Source of the DNA: Podarcis pityusensis | Lineage: Eukaryota | Direction: 5' to 3' (one strand) | DNA length: 64,000 nucleotides | Assembly (NCBI GenBank): GCA_964106645.2 | Contig: OZ067043.1 | In this document: piece by piece, positions 37,811-51,500 of the stretch | How the letters are laid out: the number at the start of each line of letters is the position of its first letter | Numbering within the stretch: the first letter of the stretch is position 1 | Notes under the pieces: generated by a model | Databases searched by the model: none | What the model was told of the DNA's origin: nothing | What the model saw: the letters and a program-made list of their open reading frames with translations, nothing else | Position numbers and translations under genes: made by a program

Positions 37811-40800
37811 CCCGTAGTATTTAATCCATATTTATGTGGCGTGTTTGGGGTGGCCACCCTTGTTCTGGCAAAATACAGGGCGGTTTAATCTGGTCCTGAA
37901 GTGACTTCAAAGCAGTACAATCTATTTCAGACGAACAGGACGGCCCATGTGGAACTTTTCACACGTGCATACATACACGCGAATTTGTAAACCTGTCTGT
38001 GCTTAACCACATGACCTTTCGCACGCCCTTTCCAACACGTGCATTTGGAGAGGATGCGTAACTTGGGCAAGAGAGAGCTCGAATACAGGACAAAAGCAGG
38101 GCGTAGCATTTTGCATGAAATATAGGACAGTCCTGTATTATACAGGAGGGGTGGCAGCCCTTGTGTGTTTGTGCCTCTGTGTGGTGCTTGCAGGTCCGGA
38201 TTTAGGTTTGCTGAGGCCCTAAGCTACTGAAGGTAATGGGGCCCTTTATAAGTCCAGCTGTCCTTTGTCAACAACAAATTGTCACTGCTTTTTTTGTTGA
38301 ACATATGCTATATGGTAATTTATGGACCTAATAGGTATCTAAAGCCATTTGCACATAACAAAATATGTATTTTATCAAAGTAATTGTTGAACTGAAATAC
38401 AATTAAGAAGAAGTCTCTTAATAGTGAAAAAAATATTAAGCTCTCACTGTATGTAGGTTTTATTTTATTTATTTTTTATCTTATATTTTGGAAAAGTACA
38501 TCCAATATTTTTTTCCTTAAATTTTTTTTGGGCCTCCAAGAGGGTGGGGCCCTAAACTATAGCTTGTTTAGCTTATACGTAAATCCGGCACTGGATATTT
38601 GCATAGTGTAATGGTGAAGAGACAGCGCAGGCTTCTGGGTGCTTATTCCCAAATATAGTCGTACCTTGGAAGCCAAACAGAATCCGTTCCGGAAGTCTGT
38701 TCGATTTCCAAAATGTTCAGAAACCAAATCGCGGTTTCCGATTGGCTGCAGGAAGCTCCTACAGCCAATCAGAAGCTGCAGAAGCCACGTCGGACTTTCC
38801 GGCTTCCAAAGAACATTCGCAAACTGGAACACTTCTGGGTTTGTGGTGTTTGGGAGCCAAAACGTACAAGTGCCAAGGCGATCGGCTTCTAAGGTACAAC
38901 TGTATTTCTGTGTCTTCAGTGAGGCTTACTCCCCAGGTAAGCGTGCACAGGATTTTAGCCTGAATCAAGCAGGCCCTAAGGTGAGTCATGCCTGTGCTCA
39001 GGGCCAGCCCAAGACATTTTAGCACCTGAGGCGAACCATTAAGATGTTTCCCCCCACTTTCCAGGCCAGGGAAGAAGGGGGCGTGAAGATCTACATCAGG
39101 GACAACTGGAGAAGAAAGCTCTTCATCGGTATATACTACCCTGTGGATCCTGCTGCCTGAAGTGGTTGCCTCATGCTAGAGGCTGGCCCTGCTAGAGTAT
39201 CCAGATTCGAACGCAGGGTGGGGTCCCTGCAACTTTAATAGTTGTTCAGAAGAGGGGTGCTTTTGGCAGGTGTCCCTGCCATGCAAGCAATTTTTAAGGT
39301 GCAGGAACCCTGCCTTTTATATCTATGGGCCTCGTCCAAGACATTCTGCTGCCTGAGGTGAATCCTTCCCTCCCCAAGTCAAGAGGTGGAGTACACCAAG
39401 GCCAGTCATATTATTTGAGCAGCTGAGGCAGAAATTCCTACAAGCATCTCTCCCCTGTTCTGGCAGTAAAATACATTAATAAATGCATCACAGTTTGGTA
39501 CCTTTTCATGAATCTCAAAATCAGCTGCCTCTTGTGCTGCCTAATATTAGAGCCAGCACTGTGCATCTGACCACTCTGCTATCAGGTTTCCAGGAGAATT
39601 AATGAACTCCATTTTAGAGCTCAAGTCAGTATCTAAATGCTTTTAATATATTATTTGAGACCTCACTCTTTGTTTAATGGGACTTGATGCCAAGGGGCAG
39701 AGCAATCTGTACCCCACTTGCAATGGGTTGGGAAGGATAAGCTAAATGGGCAGGAGTGCCATTGAGGGGATATCCAGTAACAGTGCGGAAGATCCCCAAA
39801 TGGGGTATTCTTGGGTTTGAGCCAGTCTCACTGTTGCTGTGCAACAGCATGAGGCCCAATCCAATTGTACGTTGTAATTGTACTCCCCCCTCTACCTCAG
39901 TCACTGCTTGCACCAGGGCTCTGAATGCAGTATTAGCCATGCAAGCAGCAGGAGTGAGGGTTGAGTTACAACTTTAAAATGCAGGTTGCTTCACTGTGTG
40001 GGTTTTTGACACTTCAGAATGAAAAGATTCCATTGGAAATGGGGTGACAAGTTAGAAAGTTCTTCAGTTTTTTTCCTGTGTAAGGTGGGATTGCCCTCCA
40101 CCACAGCATGTGGCAAGGAAGAATATAAATGTAATTATGATATCAGTTGCATCAAATTCTCTGATAAACTGCTCTTGGCAGGAGTAAATGATTGAAGTGC
40201 TGTATAAAAATACTTAGATAAATTCACTTCTTCCCCAAGCTACTTACAATGACTGCTGTGTAGTGTCCATAGCCTCTGTTTTTCTCTGGATTATAGCACA
40301 ATTTTTGAAAAGACCCAATCACAGGAACACACCTCTTGTTCCAGGTAGCTTAAGAGGTTAAGGCTGTGGCTTTAATAGCATATACAGTGGTACCTCGGGT
40401 TAAGAACTTAATTCGTTCCGAAGGTCCGTTCTTAACCTGAAACTGTTCTTAACCTGAAGCACCACTTCAGCTAATGGGGCCTCCCGCTGCTGCTGCGCCA
40501 CCACTGAACGATTCCTGTTCTCATCCTGAAGCAAAGTTCTTAACCCAAGGTACTATTTCTGGGTTAGCGGAGTCTGTAACCTGAAGCGTCTTTAACCCAA
40601 GGTACCACTGTATAGAGACTTTTGGCAAGTACATTTCGACATGCAGTGGTGAAAAGAGCTGCACATGTTGAAATTCCCTCTTTTGACTGACTCCAGTAAA
40701 ATATACTCTTATGTGTATTATCATCACAGTGCTCTACAAATGGGTGTGATTATTAATTCTTACATGAAAGCTCCTTTTCAGAAATTTAGTATATGATGTG

Positions 40801-43800
40801 AATCTTGGTGCAGTGGGGAACTTGAAGTTAGGGCCAGATGAAATGAATAGTAGGTATCTGGATCTGACTTTAAGAGTTCCCTAGTTTCTCATTAAAGTCT
40901 TTTGTCTCTGATTTCCAGGCAGAGCTAGGTTTTCTGCTGGCTCTGATGCTTTCAAAAATTATTCTTTTTCATTTTTGAAGTACCTAAATGTATCCAAAGG
41001 CTATACACAGAGTAAAGCAAAGACAGTCTGAGCCCACAAGCTTACAATGTAAAAGACACAACACAAAAACAAAAAAGGGGGAAGGAAGGGAAGAGAAAAA
41101 TAAGGAAACTCAGGGACCAGTTCTTAAAGTTAGTTTTTATAACCATCAGTTTCATTGGAAACAATTCAGGGGAGGAACATGGCAAATGACAGCTGGTCTC
41201 TTAGCTGAACTGATAGCCCTCTTTCTGTGCTGCAGTCAGGTGCCAAAAATTGTTAGGTTCCCTTGCCCTCCAGGTTGATGCCGGTTTAAAACCAGGTTCA
41301 TTTCGTTTGCGGGATGTATAAGCTTTTGCTGGATTATTTCCAGGTTACTTAACTGATAGAGACCATTTCTATGGCCTTGAGCTTTTCTTGATTTCAAGTC
41401 ATGATTTGTTCAGCACTGAAAATGTTTTGGAGTCAGTTCTTAATGCCTGGGACATCAGTGTATGTATGCATTCTGGTAGTACATCACCACATAATGCTCT
41501 CCATGGAAGAAGAATGCACTCTTTGCAAAAATTAATGAAATAAATCTATGGCAGACACTCATTTTTAAGAGAGTCAGTATCTTCTGAGCATCCTCAGAGC
41601 AGGACTGTTCTGTTACTTTTGTCTGCTCCATCCATTTCAGAACGTGCTTTTCCTTTCTTTTTGTGCTCAGAGCAGCTGATTCCTACCTTAATTTTCCTAA
41701 ACTGTCATCGGTTTTGAAAAATTTAAATTGATGCTTGCAGCGCTGATATCAATTTGTATGTATAAAATACTTTATATAGTAAAGAGATTATTATTTTTTG
41801 CCAAATAGCAGGAGGGATGCATAAAGAGCAGAGTCAAAGATATAGAGGTACTTTGTAAGTCTAATGTCTGTTTTATCCATGTGTAATGAGATGTGCTGGG
41901 GTATTTTTTCTTTTTTGAAAAGCTATTTCTGCTTTCCACATGATAGCTGCAACACTATCAGGGTTTTTCAGTGTGAATACAAAAATATGTAAAACTCAGT
42001 ATTATACAAGCGGCCTGCCCCATTTTTCTGATTTGAACACTGGCCAATATCTTGGGCTGTGGAAGAAAAGACACGTCATATTATTCTGACTTGCATAATT
42101 CATGCAGCCGATTATTGCTTTCCAAGATGCCGTTTGGTCATTACATGACTAGATATCATTCTGGTAGTTTATCTCCCCCCCCCCCAAATCTCTCATTAAA
42201 AACATATGTTTATGCATCATTTTTTCTGTCTGAGAAGACCAAGTATAATAAAACTTAGAAATGAATATGATAGTTAGATGACACACCTTCCGCATGACCT
42301 TGAAGTGTGCTTTGTCCTCTTATCTAGTGCATCTCGGCCACAGCTATTGACAGTATCTTGGATTAAATGCATTTTTTCCCCTCTGTGAAGAGGTTTGTTC
42401 ATGTTTGTTGATCTGTTTGGCATATTTTGGAGCTGTTTATTCTGCAAACACTTCTTTGCAGCACATCAGTGTAACGCAGTGTGAAGAAATCCTGTTTATT
42501 TGAATTAAGTTGTAATGGGTATTGTGTAATGTGTTCTGACATTTGTATCGTACTGTGCATTGTAATGTATTCGATGTAGGAAGTTTTCTGTCTGGTCTGG
42601 TGAAAACTAGTTTTAACTGTTGCATGGGGCCTTAACTGACAGCCGAGAGAGAATCCTTAGTATTCGGGAGGGAGGGAGGGAGAGTATGCATATTTTGTTT
42701 GTTGGGTGCAAGCTTGGAATTTTCAGTTAGACAGTAGGATTGGATGGCGCTGGACTTGAGTGGCCAGAATAAATGTGTGCAATATTGTTAGTTAATTGAA
42801 AATTGGAGTGGGCTGGAGACTTAGAGTTAAGGGTGGTCAGTGACAGCAGAGGAAGGGGGTCAGGGGAGGACAGAATGCCTTGTTGTCTGATAACTTGTTG
42901 TGGGTAGCTGAATCACTTGGCTTAGGCTGAGGAGGAAAAGGGAGAACCTGAACGTTGGTCTCTGGTGACTGGCAGGAGAGGGCAGATTTCCAGGGCAATG
43001 CAGCAAAAGAAATCTCTTCAATAGGTCAGTAAAGGGTTGGATGAAGAGGCTTCCAACAGAGTCCTCCATTATATTTAACTGGGGTGGAGAGAATACAAAA
43101 GCAATTCGGCTAAAGGGCTTTAATCATAAACTCTAGAGTTGGAAGGGACCATGAGGGTCATCTAGTCCAACCCCCTGCAATGCAAGAATCTCTTTTGCCC
43201 ATGTGGGGCTTGAACCCACAACCCTGAGATTAAGAGTCTCTTACTCTACTGACTGAGCTATCCAATTAACTGTTCCTTTAAAGCTGTCTTAGCTGGATGT
43301 AAGCTATTGGTATTTAAAGTGACAGTAAGAAGTTTAAAAAGTATAAGCTAAAGATAAAGTGCTATTTTTGAAGTAACCAGAAAAACTTTTGCACTTAATA
43401 ATTGTATAATAAATTAATATAATTATCTCTGTTAATTATCTGTATCTGACTGGCTTTGTACCATGCCTGTACCCAGATTTATGGAATATTGGTTAGCTAA
43501 GGGTTTTATGGAAATAAGTGAGACTGAATGGTGGCAGGGCATGGGTTTAGAATTTGCCATTGACATGGGATTTGGGTTTTGTCATTTTTGAGTATGTAAG
43601 AAAATGCCCCCTTCCCTCAACAGAAAGCTTCCTTTTTTTCACAGTATACACAGGACTTTTGGGTTGCTATGTGAAAGAGCTGAAGCTTAGATAGGTTTTT
43701 GCTCAAGGATGGGCTTCTGATTGTATTTTAACTCAGTGACTCTGTTGGAATAGATATGAAGAACAAAACTAGTTTGCATTTTAAAATGTAATGTCTTCCT

Positions 43801-44481
43801 CTACAACACTGGTAATATAAAATTTCTGTTCAATGGAAGTGTTGTTTACACTCTAGGAATAATTTCACTGCACTTTTGTACTCTTGCAGATTTCTGATCC
43901 AGTGACCTGCGATGAAATGTTTGAGAGTTTAGCCAAAATCCATACCAATTACTATAAAAACAAGGTAAGTCCTATCACTGTGGCCAGGTACCCAGTGTTA
44001 GAATCTGACAGCTGCCTCTGGGATGTGTTTTGTAATCCTGATACTAAGATTTATCTATACTAAGATTTATCTGATTTATCTTTAGCAGGGGAAGCAAACA
44101 TGGCACCTTATAGATGCTGTTTGACTCCAGCTCCCATCAGCCCTAGCCAGCATGTCCAATAAAATCATAGAATTGTAAAGTTGGAAGGAACCACAAGGGT
44201 CATCTAGTCCAACCCCCTGATAATTATCCCATTATCAGGGTTAATGGGAGTTGAAGTCCAATAACATCCACAGGGCACCATATTATCTACCACAGTGTCT
44301 TTGCTTTTTCTTGAGCAAGCCAGTTCACCTTTTACTGTGTAAATTGGAGTGGCAAACCTGTGGCTCTCCTAGTGTTAAGACTACAGTTGCCCCAATCCGT
44401 CACTACCGGCTATGCTTGATGGGAGGTGTAGTCATGCATTTGGAGGACCACGTTAGCCACCCCTGCTATTTCAGAAATGCA

Positions 44482-44518
<37 letters not shown>

Positions 44519-46102
44519 CAGCAGTGAGCATGTTCGTGCTATAGCATTTAGCAAATTTACTTCAGCATACAATTTTGATGCCAAATGAGAAGAAAGATTA
44601 AGAGAACATTGTTCTCAGGGGAAGCAGGAGGTTGCTATATTTATATATATTTTTTCTGTTTGTTTGCATAGTATCCACGTTTGAAAGATACAAGCTTTAC
44701 TGGGGTGACAGTTGAAGAATGCAAGCTAGTCCTTGCAACAGGTATTTGAGCAAACTATGCTTTATCCATTTACTGTTCTGTATCTGGTTGGCTAAAACGA
44801 TTCAGCTGCCCTTTACATCCCCCCTGCTTTGCACACAGGAGTTTCCTCCCTCCCTCCTTCCCATAAATAGCCTTCCCATGAGCAAAACATTATGCAAAAG
44901 CTGTTTGTAATGCACCAATTGTATTCAGTCTTTAATGTTAGTGCTAAGACTAACACGTTACTTGAGGAATGTGGCACACTATGATAAATGGATTTTGTGT
45001 CCCAAAAAGTTGAGCTTAGTCTAGGAAATAGATGCAAGTGGGACCTGCAATTTCTCGCTCCCTAACAGCTGCTCAAGGTGCCAGCCATTCCTTCTCTTGC
45101 AAGCTGCATGGGCTGCCAAGGAGGGATGCTGCCTCTTGGTTTTTTTACAATAATAATTTGTACTATTGAATACTTCAGGGTCCACCTGACCATGCTAATA
45201 CTGCTCTCTTGTTTCTCATCAGCCCTATTTTGCCTCCAATCCTTTCATTACAGAATTGGGGTTTTCAGCGTTTAATTGCCCTGCATTTGAGACACACAAG
45301 TCTGAAGAAGGGAGTGTTTGTTCCCAGAGCTAATGAGCCTCAAATTAAGACTCCCGGTCACTCCCACAATAGACATCAGTAATCAACTGATTTTGTTGCT
45401 TTCCATTCTTCCTGCATTTGTGGTTTCTGCTTGGGAACAAGAAATACGATAAAGAACAGTCTAAATTAACCTGTGTAGAAGCTGCTTTCTCTGCTTGGTT
45501 TCACTTTTTACACTTCAAGAGTTTTCTATTATACTATGATTTATCTAAGCTAACTGTATCAAGACAAACAGCCTTTATAGAAACAGTAAATTTAAACATT
45601 CCTGAAGTGTCCTGAAGCTAAATAGCAGTCTTATGTTCTGGCTGCAGTGCATAGAAAATGCTAGTCTTTGCTGGCTCCACATGTACTGTTCTGACTAAGG
45701 AGAGCAGGTCTGCCCCGGGCAGCGAAACATAAACTTATTGAGATGGAAACGAATGGTTGTTTCACACCTTATGCTTTTTAGAGTGTACTTTAAATGGAGT
45801 GGTTGGACATGATTAATGTGAGTGTTCAGGCATGTGAACTGCACATGCGCCAGGGAACTAGGACTGGCTGTGGCTTTCTGTCACATGTATACATGATGGC
45901 AAACATGCATATATCACCATGTTACTGTTTAAGCAGCCTCTTAAAGAAAATTGTTTTTATAATGAAAACCCTATATTATTGTCTTTTCTGACTTCCTCTT
46001 AATGCAGCTAGCTTGAAGCAGATGGAAGAAGCAAAGAAAGGAAAATGGACAAAGTTACGTGAGAAATTTTCTGCCAAGAATCCTGAAGAAGATTCCAAAT
46101 GA
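37610..46102 (+). CDS. UQCC2: Ubiquinol-cytochrome c reductase complex assembly factor 2, full CDS: join(37610-37747,43890-43964,44672-44741,46008-46102), 125 aa
   Basis: [18 protein letters not shown]...GRDLG...[15 protein letters not shown] / [25 protein letters not shown] / [11 protein letters not shown]... matches the UQCC2 (Cbp6) family; 378 nt with consistent phases. Confidence 0.96.
38191..38593. mobile_element. Non-autonomous hAT-like element
   Basis: TIRs CAGGTCCGGATTTA / TAAATCCGGCACTG; subterminal GGGGCCC repeats; TSD degenerate. Confidence 0.75.
38656..38902. mobile_element. Tc1/mariner MITE (CAGTCGTACCTTGG type)
   Basis: TIRs tagtcgtaccttggaagcc / ggcttctaaggtacaactg; TA flanks. 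Confidence 0.8.
40385..40610. mobile_element. Tc1/mariner MITE, intact 226-bp copy
   Basis: TA-CAGTGGTACCTCGGGTTAA ... TTAACCCAAGGTACCACTG-TA. Confidence 0.9.
43122..43263 (-). mobile_element. tRNA-Lys(CTT)-derived SINE with a CR1-type 3' tail
   Basis: Minus strand: GGATAGCTCAGTCAGTAGAG...GACTCTTAATCTCAGGGTTGTGGGTTCAAGCCCCAC, then GGGTTGGACTAGATGACC...CCCTTCCAAC. Confidence 0.85.
43890..43964 (+). CDS. UQCC2: UQCC2 exon 2
   Basis: ctcttgcAG acceptor; AAG|GTAAGT donor; [25 protein letters not shown]. Confidence 0.95.
44486..44514. repeat. (TA)n microsatellite; also (CT)n near 23612-23636, (GGA)n at 12331-12350, poly-G near 48765-48781, (TTG)n near 980-1005
   Basis: Directly visible. Confidence 0.9.
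44672..44741 (+). CDS. UQCC2: UQCC2 exon 3
   Basis: tttgcatAG acceptor; CAG|GTATTT donor; [23 protein letters not shown]. Confidence 0.94.
46008..46102 (+). CDS. UQCC2: UQCC2 exon 4 coding part
   Basis: CAG acceptor ends at 46007; [31 protein letters not shown]. Confidence 0.92.
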
Positions 46103-47373
46103 TAACTTTGTGACACTAGCCAATTTTCCTAAAGCTCTATATTTTGCCTCCTTGAAACAGAGGTTTGTTTGTTTCATTTGCTTACCTAGGATGATGTCAG
46201 ACTTTTTAAAGCAAAGAGATCTGGTTTTGACATCTCATCTCAGAACCATTTCTATCTCAGGGAACAATGCTTCAGTATTGGTGAAGCTATTCTGGAATGG
46301 GACAAGCAAGCCCTTCTTGATCACATTGGTTTATAGGAAGATGTTAGAAATGCCTTTAAATATATTGATGTGGTTGCTGCTCTTCGGCATGTCTAGGTGT
46401 CTGCATGTTCTTTAGGGAAAGGCTATATGCTGTTGGAACACAGCTGGTATGCAGTTGATATGCTGGGACATCACTGAATTGTATTTCATGGCTTTTTAGA
46501 ATTCAAAATATTCCCAAACAAATACAGACCCTATAGCATATAGACGTGTGGTCTTGTGTGTTTTACTGGAATGCCACCACTTATTCATGGAAGGCACAAC
46601 TGCCATATGTTGGTACAAAATTGTTGCAGGAGAACACTCATTTTCAAGCTATTTGTTCTGTAGATTACCAGTTTTTGCTGGGGGGGGGGGGAATGGGCAA
46701 CAGTAGACAAGTTTCTAAAAACAAACAGTTCACCATAATCTGCCCCTGCAATACAAGCGGCATCTGTTTTCATCTAGCATGAGAAAACAGGGGCAGTAGG
46801 TCTTCCAGCATTCTGTGCAAACATGGAATTCACCCTAGAATGAGCCTAGGAACACCCAGGAATCTTGTGGCAAGATTAGTCGGGCTAGTCAGAGCATTTC
46901 ATGAAAACCTACCGAAAATAATATGTCTGAAATACTTGCTTAAATAGCTTCAGTATCAAGCAGAATCCAACAGATCTTGAAAAAATCTGCTCAGTCATAT
47001 TAATGTCCGACAAGTTTGTAGCTTTTACCAACAAGCATATCAAGAAGTGATTCCTTCTCCCTTCCATTTTATTGTATTTGGTTCTGTTTGTGTTAACTTA
47101 AGGAAGTTACCACATTAAAACTTAAAACAATATTTGTAAAATATTCCAGAGCAAGACAAATTGCAAAGCTGCACTCTTGATTAATGAAATCTTTTCCCCG
47201 CCCCCTTCAACCTGCACTGTAATATGTACCTTCAAGGAACACCCTGCTTGGGTCAGAAAGGAATGGAAAAGCATATGGAGGCTGGAACAAGGAACTGTCA
47301 TCATCTCTCCCTAATCATCTCCCTCTAGCGGCCACTCTCATAGTTAGACAAACCTGTACCTAATGTACTTTGT

Positions 47374-47379
47374 TTTATT
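47374..47379 (-). terminator. Candidate ITPR3 polyA signal (AATAAA on minus strand); second candidate at 47068-47073
   Basis: Minus strand reads actgtaAATAAAacaaag, about 1.1 kb after the stop. Confidence 0.55.
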
Positions 47380-48488
47380 TACAGTTGAGTTGTAGCCTGG
47401 CTGTTGAAGTTGAACTTGCAATGCTTCTAAATGGTTGGGGAAATACTCTGGGGCAGTGTATGTTGATTAGGGAAATTCTAAAACAGTCTTTCGCAGTGTG
47501 GTGCCCTCCAGTTCACACCAGCCCCAGCCAGCATAGCAGGGCTGATAGAGGTGTAGTTAATTTACATCTCAGGACTTTTATAATGTACTCTTTTTTCTCT
47601 CTCCATCCTTCTCCCCAAACTTGTTTTCTTACACTAACTAATGACCCTTCAATGTCCATTCTGATGATAGTTGAAATATTACTGCTACCTTGCATTAGCC
47701 AACTGAAATAATCCAGTTCTACCACCTTTTAACCGTCCCAGAAGCAGGCTAACGCCCAAGTATGTACTGTCTTCTAACCTATTGTGTGAGCGAGAGGGGG
47801 AAGAGATTGCTCTTTCACAGTGCAGCACAAACATGCAATCTTCCGCTAACGCTGATAAAAGTCTCTCCATGGAACAAAATGCCATTGCATTTCTCAACAA
47901 TGCAATCTGCCGCTCATCTTCAGTCGAAGTGTTAAGCTAATAGTAGATTTTCTTAGTTTCTTCTTGGGTTAGATAGGATTCTAGAGATGAAGAAAAATGC
48001 CAGTGACTCCAGGAAAACTGAGATGACAAGCTTGTAAAGAGAGATCCATGTATGTTGAATTTCATGGACTCTGTTAAAATAAGTTAAAATATAGCAACTA
48101 CTACTTGCTAGTAACAGTGTCAATCCTATTTGCACCTGGCTGTGAAGCCATCAAAATGTAGTGCATGGAGATAGATAACCCATGTTATAGCAACAGAGCT
48201 ATCATAAGGAGCAGCAAAGCTCCCAAATGTATGGTAAACTATGAATCCGCACAAAGCGACAAATCATACTAGTTGTCAGCTTCAGGTCTCTCTCTCGAAT
48301 AAAATGCAATCAGCCCTACTGGAGATGAACAGAAGGTGGTGCCAGAATGCCAAAATATGAATCATTATGACATGAATCGGCTTTCTTTGATGGATGAGAT
48401 CTGTGCTGGCAACCTAGTACCAAATATCCTCCTCAGGAAGTGCATATGTAAAGTAGAGTTTTAGCTTGGTGAAGTAGATTCTGCTGTC

Positions 48489-48557
48489 TCAGTGGTTCAG
48501 ACTGTTCTGGACATCCACAAAGCCCATCCGCTGCCTTCGCTTCCTTTGCTCTGTCAT
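48489..48557 (-). CDS. ITPR3: ITPR3 last exon, coding part ([22 protein letters not shown])
   Basis: TGA at 48491-48489. Confidence 0.95.
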   Translation of the reverse strand: MTEQRKRRQRMGFVDVQNSLNH

Positions 48558-51500
48558 CTGGAATATAAAAACGGGATTTAAAAGATGGTTTTCATTTCTT
48601 CAGTTGAATTCACAACACCATTCTTTTATCAAATTTACAAGTGTTCTCTGCCACAAACCCCTGCATGTTGAAGCATGTGAGGTCTTTCATTAGGTGTACT
48701 CAGCTAATTGGCATTACTCATGTAGAAATGTACCCACACTTCCCTGACCTACATGTTGTAGAACGGGGGGGGGGGGGGGGGAGGTAACCTTCAGCCACAG
48801 GCCAGGGTTGCCAACTTGAATAAAATATGGGGGAGGGGCAAGTAAGCATCACCCTGATTAATTACAAGACGCTGCGCTGCAGGCACACACTATTTGAATG
48901 GCAATGCCTATGCTTAAAAATTTCAGGGGGGATTAAGCTGCCCATTCATCAGCTGATGCATAGAGAATTCAATCCATAGTTGCTCTCCCCCCCCCCCCAA
49001 TTGCCTGTGAGCCAACTATGACAGGTGGGTGGTCCTGTTGGGTGGGGGAGATGAAGATGCGGCCCATAAAGGTTCTCCACCCCCATTGTAGAAAGAGATC
49101 AGTTAAGGCAGGTGTTATCTTTGGGACAGTGCATCCTCTGTGCTTCATCTAAAAGCAATTGCATTCAGACAACAGGATTTCCCCCCCAGAGAACATTATT
49201 TAGTTGAAGGATTAGCAAATGTGGTCTAATTTTATGACATCCCAAAGTTCCGAAAAGGCGCTGCTTCTCTTAGTTCATTCCCTTAGTCCCTCCCCAAAGC
49301 ACCTCGTTCCTAAAGTTTCTCATACCTGCTCCTTCAGCTCATTCAGCTGTGATGTGAGATGGGATACCAATTTCATGGTGGAATTCAGTTTATCCTGTAG
49401 ACACCGGATCTCGTTCTGCTCCCCTTCACCTTCGTTGCTGACCAGTGACATGGCTCTCATCCGAGGGAACCAGTCCAGGTTCTTGTTCTGGAACAGTCAT
49501 TGCAGGAAACAAGTATTTTAAAGGAAGGAATAACTAATCAGAACAAAAGTAGCCTGGCACCGCAAAACAGGTAGGGCAGAACCTAAGAGAGGGCAGTTAA
49601 CTGAACTGTCAAGAACAAAGACTCTGGTGCTAAGTGCTGCCTGTTGGAGCAAAAGAGAGGAGTTATCCATCCACTGATGGAGGAGCGATTCTGCAATAAA
49701 GTTAAAGCACCCAGTGTATTAATAGCACCCCTTCAAAAGCACTATACAGAAATTAAAAACCAAGACAAGCCAGTACAGGTACCAATTCTTGAAGTTACAT
49801 CCTCTCATACATCTGGCCACTGGCAGAGGCCAGATTGCAAAACTGAAGGGAAGCAGACCCAGGGCAACTGATTTTATTTGAGATTATATACATCACACAC
49901 AGGCTGCCCACTAAAACTGCCTTTTTCCAAAGTGAAACTCTTCCCATCATGCAAGAGTATTGATCGCCTTTACCTTTATCATTTGTGCTACGTAGCTCTC
50001 AGGCCCTGTGTAGTCAGTCTTGTTTTTGACTCGCACCAGCACTATGAAATACAGGTAATTCCACATGTTGTGTTCAAATTTAATGTGCTCCTCAAAAGAT
50101 ACAGTCTTGTTGTCAAACTTGTCCCTTTCGAGTCCTAAGGAAGTAATGAAGAAAAGGAGAATGCTAGGTTATCTAGCAACTGCTGCACCCATCCATAAGT
50201 CCCATTAAAGAGACTGATTCTGCACGCATTTTTCTCTACTTGACCTCCACTTGTAGCATACAGAAATATGAACAGCATAAGTTGGTCAGTGGGGTGCTAA
50301 TGGATGGGTGGTCATGTTCACAGCAGGGAACTGGAAGAGAAAGCCTTTGGGGTTCTTCCAATCTAATTTTAGCAGGTCTTGAGCAGAAAATGGCTAGTGC
50401 CTAATGTTCATGGCTGAGCAGTTAAATTTCAAATTAGTGTACCTGTTTTGGACACTTAAAGAAATCTCTAAAATTGAAAACATGCCTTAAAAGAAAAGAT
50501 GGAGTAGTTTATATCCACTTCAAGAGACCTCTTGAAATCTAAACACCAATGTTAACAGTGTAAAATAGGAAAGCTAAGATATTATGCATATTATCTCAAG
50601 TGATACTGCACTTCTGCCATTTTGCACCCACTGACAGACCATCAGAAGCCAATAAAAATTTGCTTTGAAAGTGAAATTGTGAAAACTTAAATTTGAATGC
50701 ACTAAGATGGGATACATTTCTGCTGTGTTTTGGATCCTGTATGCAGACCAATGAATATCTGAAGTACAACATATGTTTGTATTGTGGGCAGTTTCAGCTG
50801 CTGCAGTCAAATGAACACCCAAAGCCTAACTCTCCTTTCTGTAGGGGCCTGCAGAATATCCCCTGAATACTTAGTTTACTTTTGGAGAAGGGGATAGTTC
50901 CTCCACCAGATAGGCAATGATCTTGTTGGATGTTTGCTGAATATATGAGGGTATTTCCCGGATAAATAGTTTCCCTGGGCAATTACCACATATAAAACAT
51001 GTTGTCTTCAGGATTTCTTCTTTTTTCTGCTTCTCGCTCCTCAGATCTGCAAAGGTGTCGATGATTACACCAAATATGAGGTTGAGGACTATGATTATGA
51101 CAATGAAGAAGAACAGGAGGTCGTAGATCACTCGAGCAGGGAAAAGAGACTCCTATAGGACAGAAAGACAAGGACAGCCATTAAAAGAAAGCATGGCTTC
51201 TCTTATCCAGTGCTTTGCTGAAAAATCCCAAACATTCCCCTCTAGAAATTGGCAGACAAGTTGCCAACATGCCAGTGGCTACAAGATGAATAGATTTGTT
51301 TTGTAAACAATGAAGAAAATATTTGGAAGGATTGATTGTGTTAGGTGTGCATAATGTTGGAATTGTACGATCTCACAAAAGGTGAAATTGTGAGAAAAGA
51401 TCTGAATTTTAAAAGTCAAAAATGTGAGAAGGGAAGGTAGCAAACCAATGTGACAAGATCTGGCACACCCCTCAGGTTGGGGACCCCATTTGCCCCATAT

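Noticed and set aside
43195-43265. tRNA-Lys(CTT) gene
   Set aside because: The acceptor stem is broken and it is fused to a CR1-type tail; a second decayed copy at 29471 shows it is a SINE head.
45296-45735. Hammerhead-like fragments (CTGAAGAAGGGAG...; ...GGGCAGCGAAAC) in UQCC2 intron 3
   Set aside because: Each lacks half of the catalytic core (GAAA or CUGANGA).
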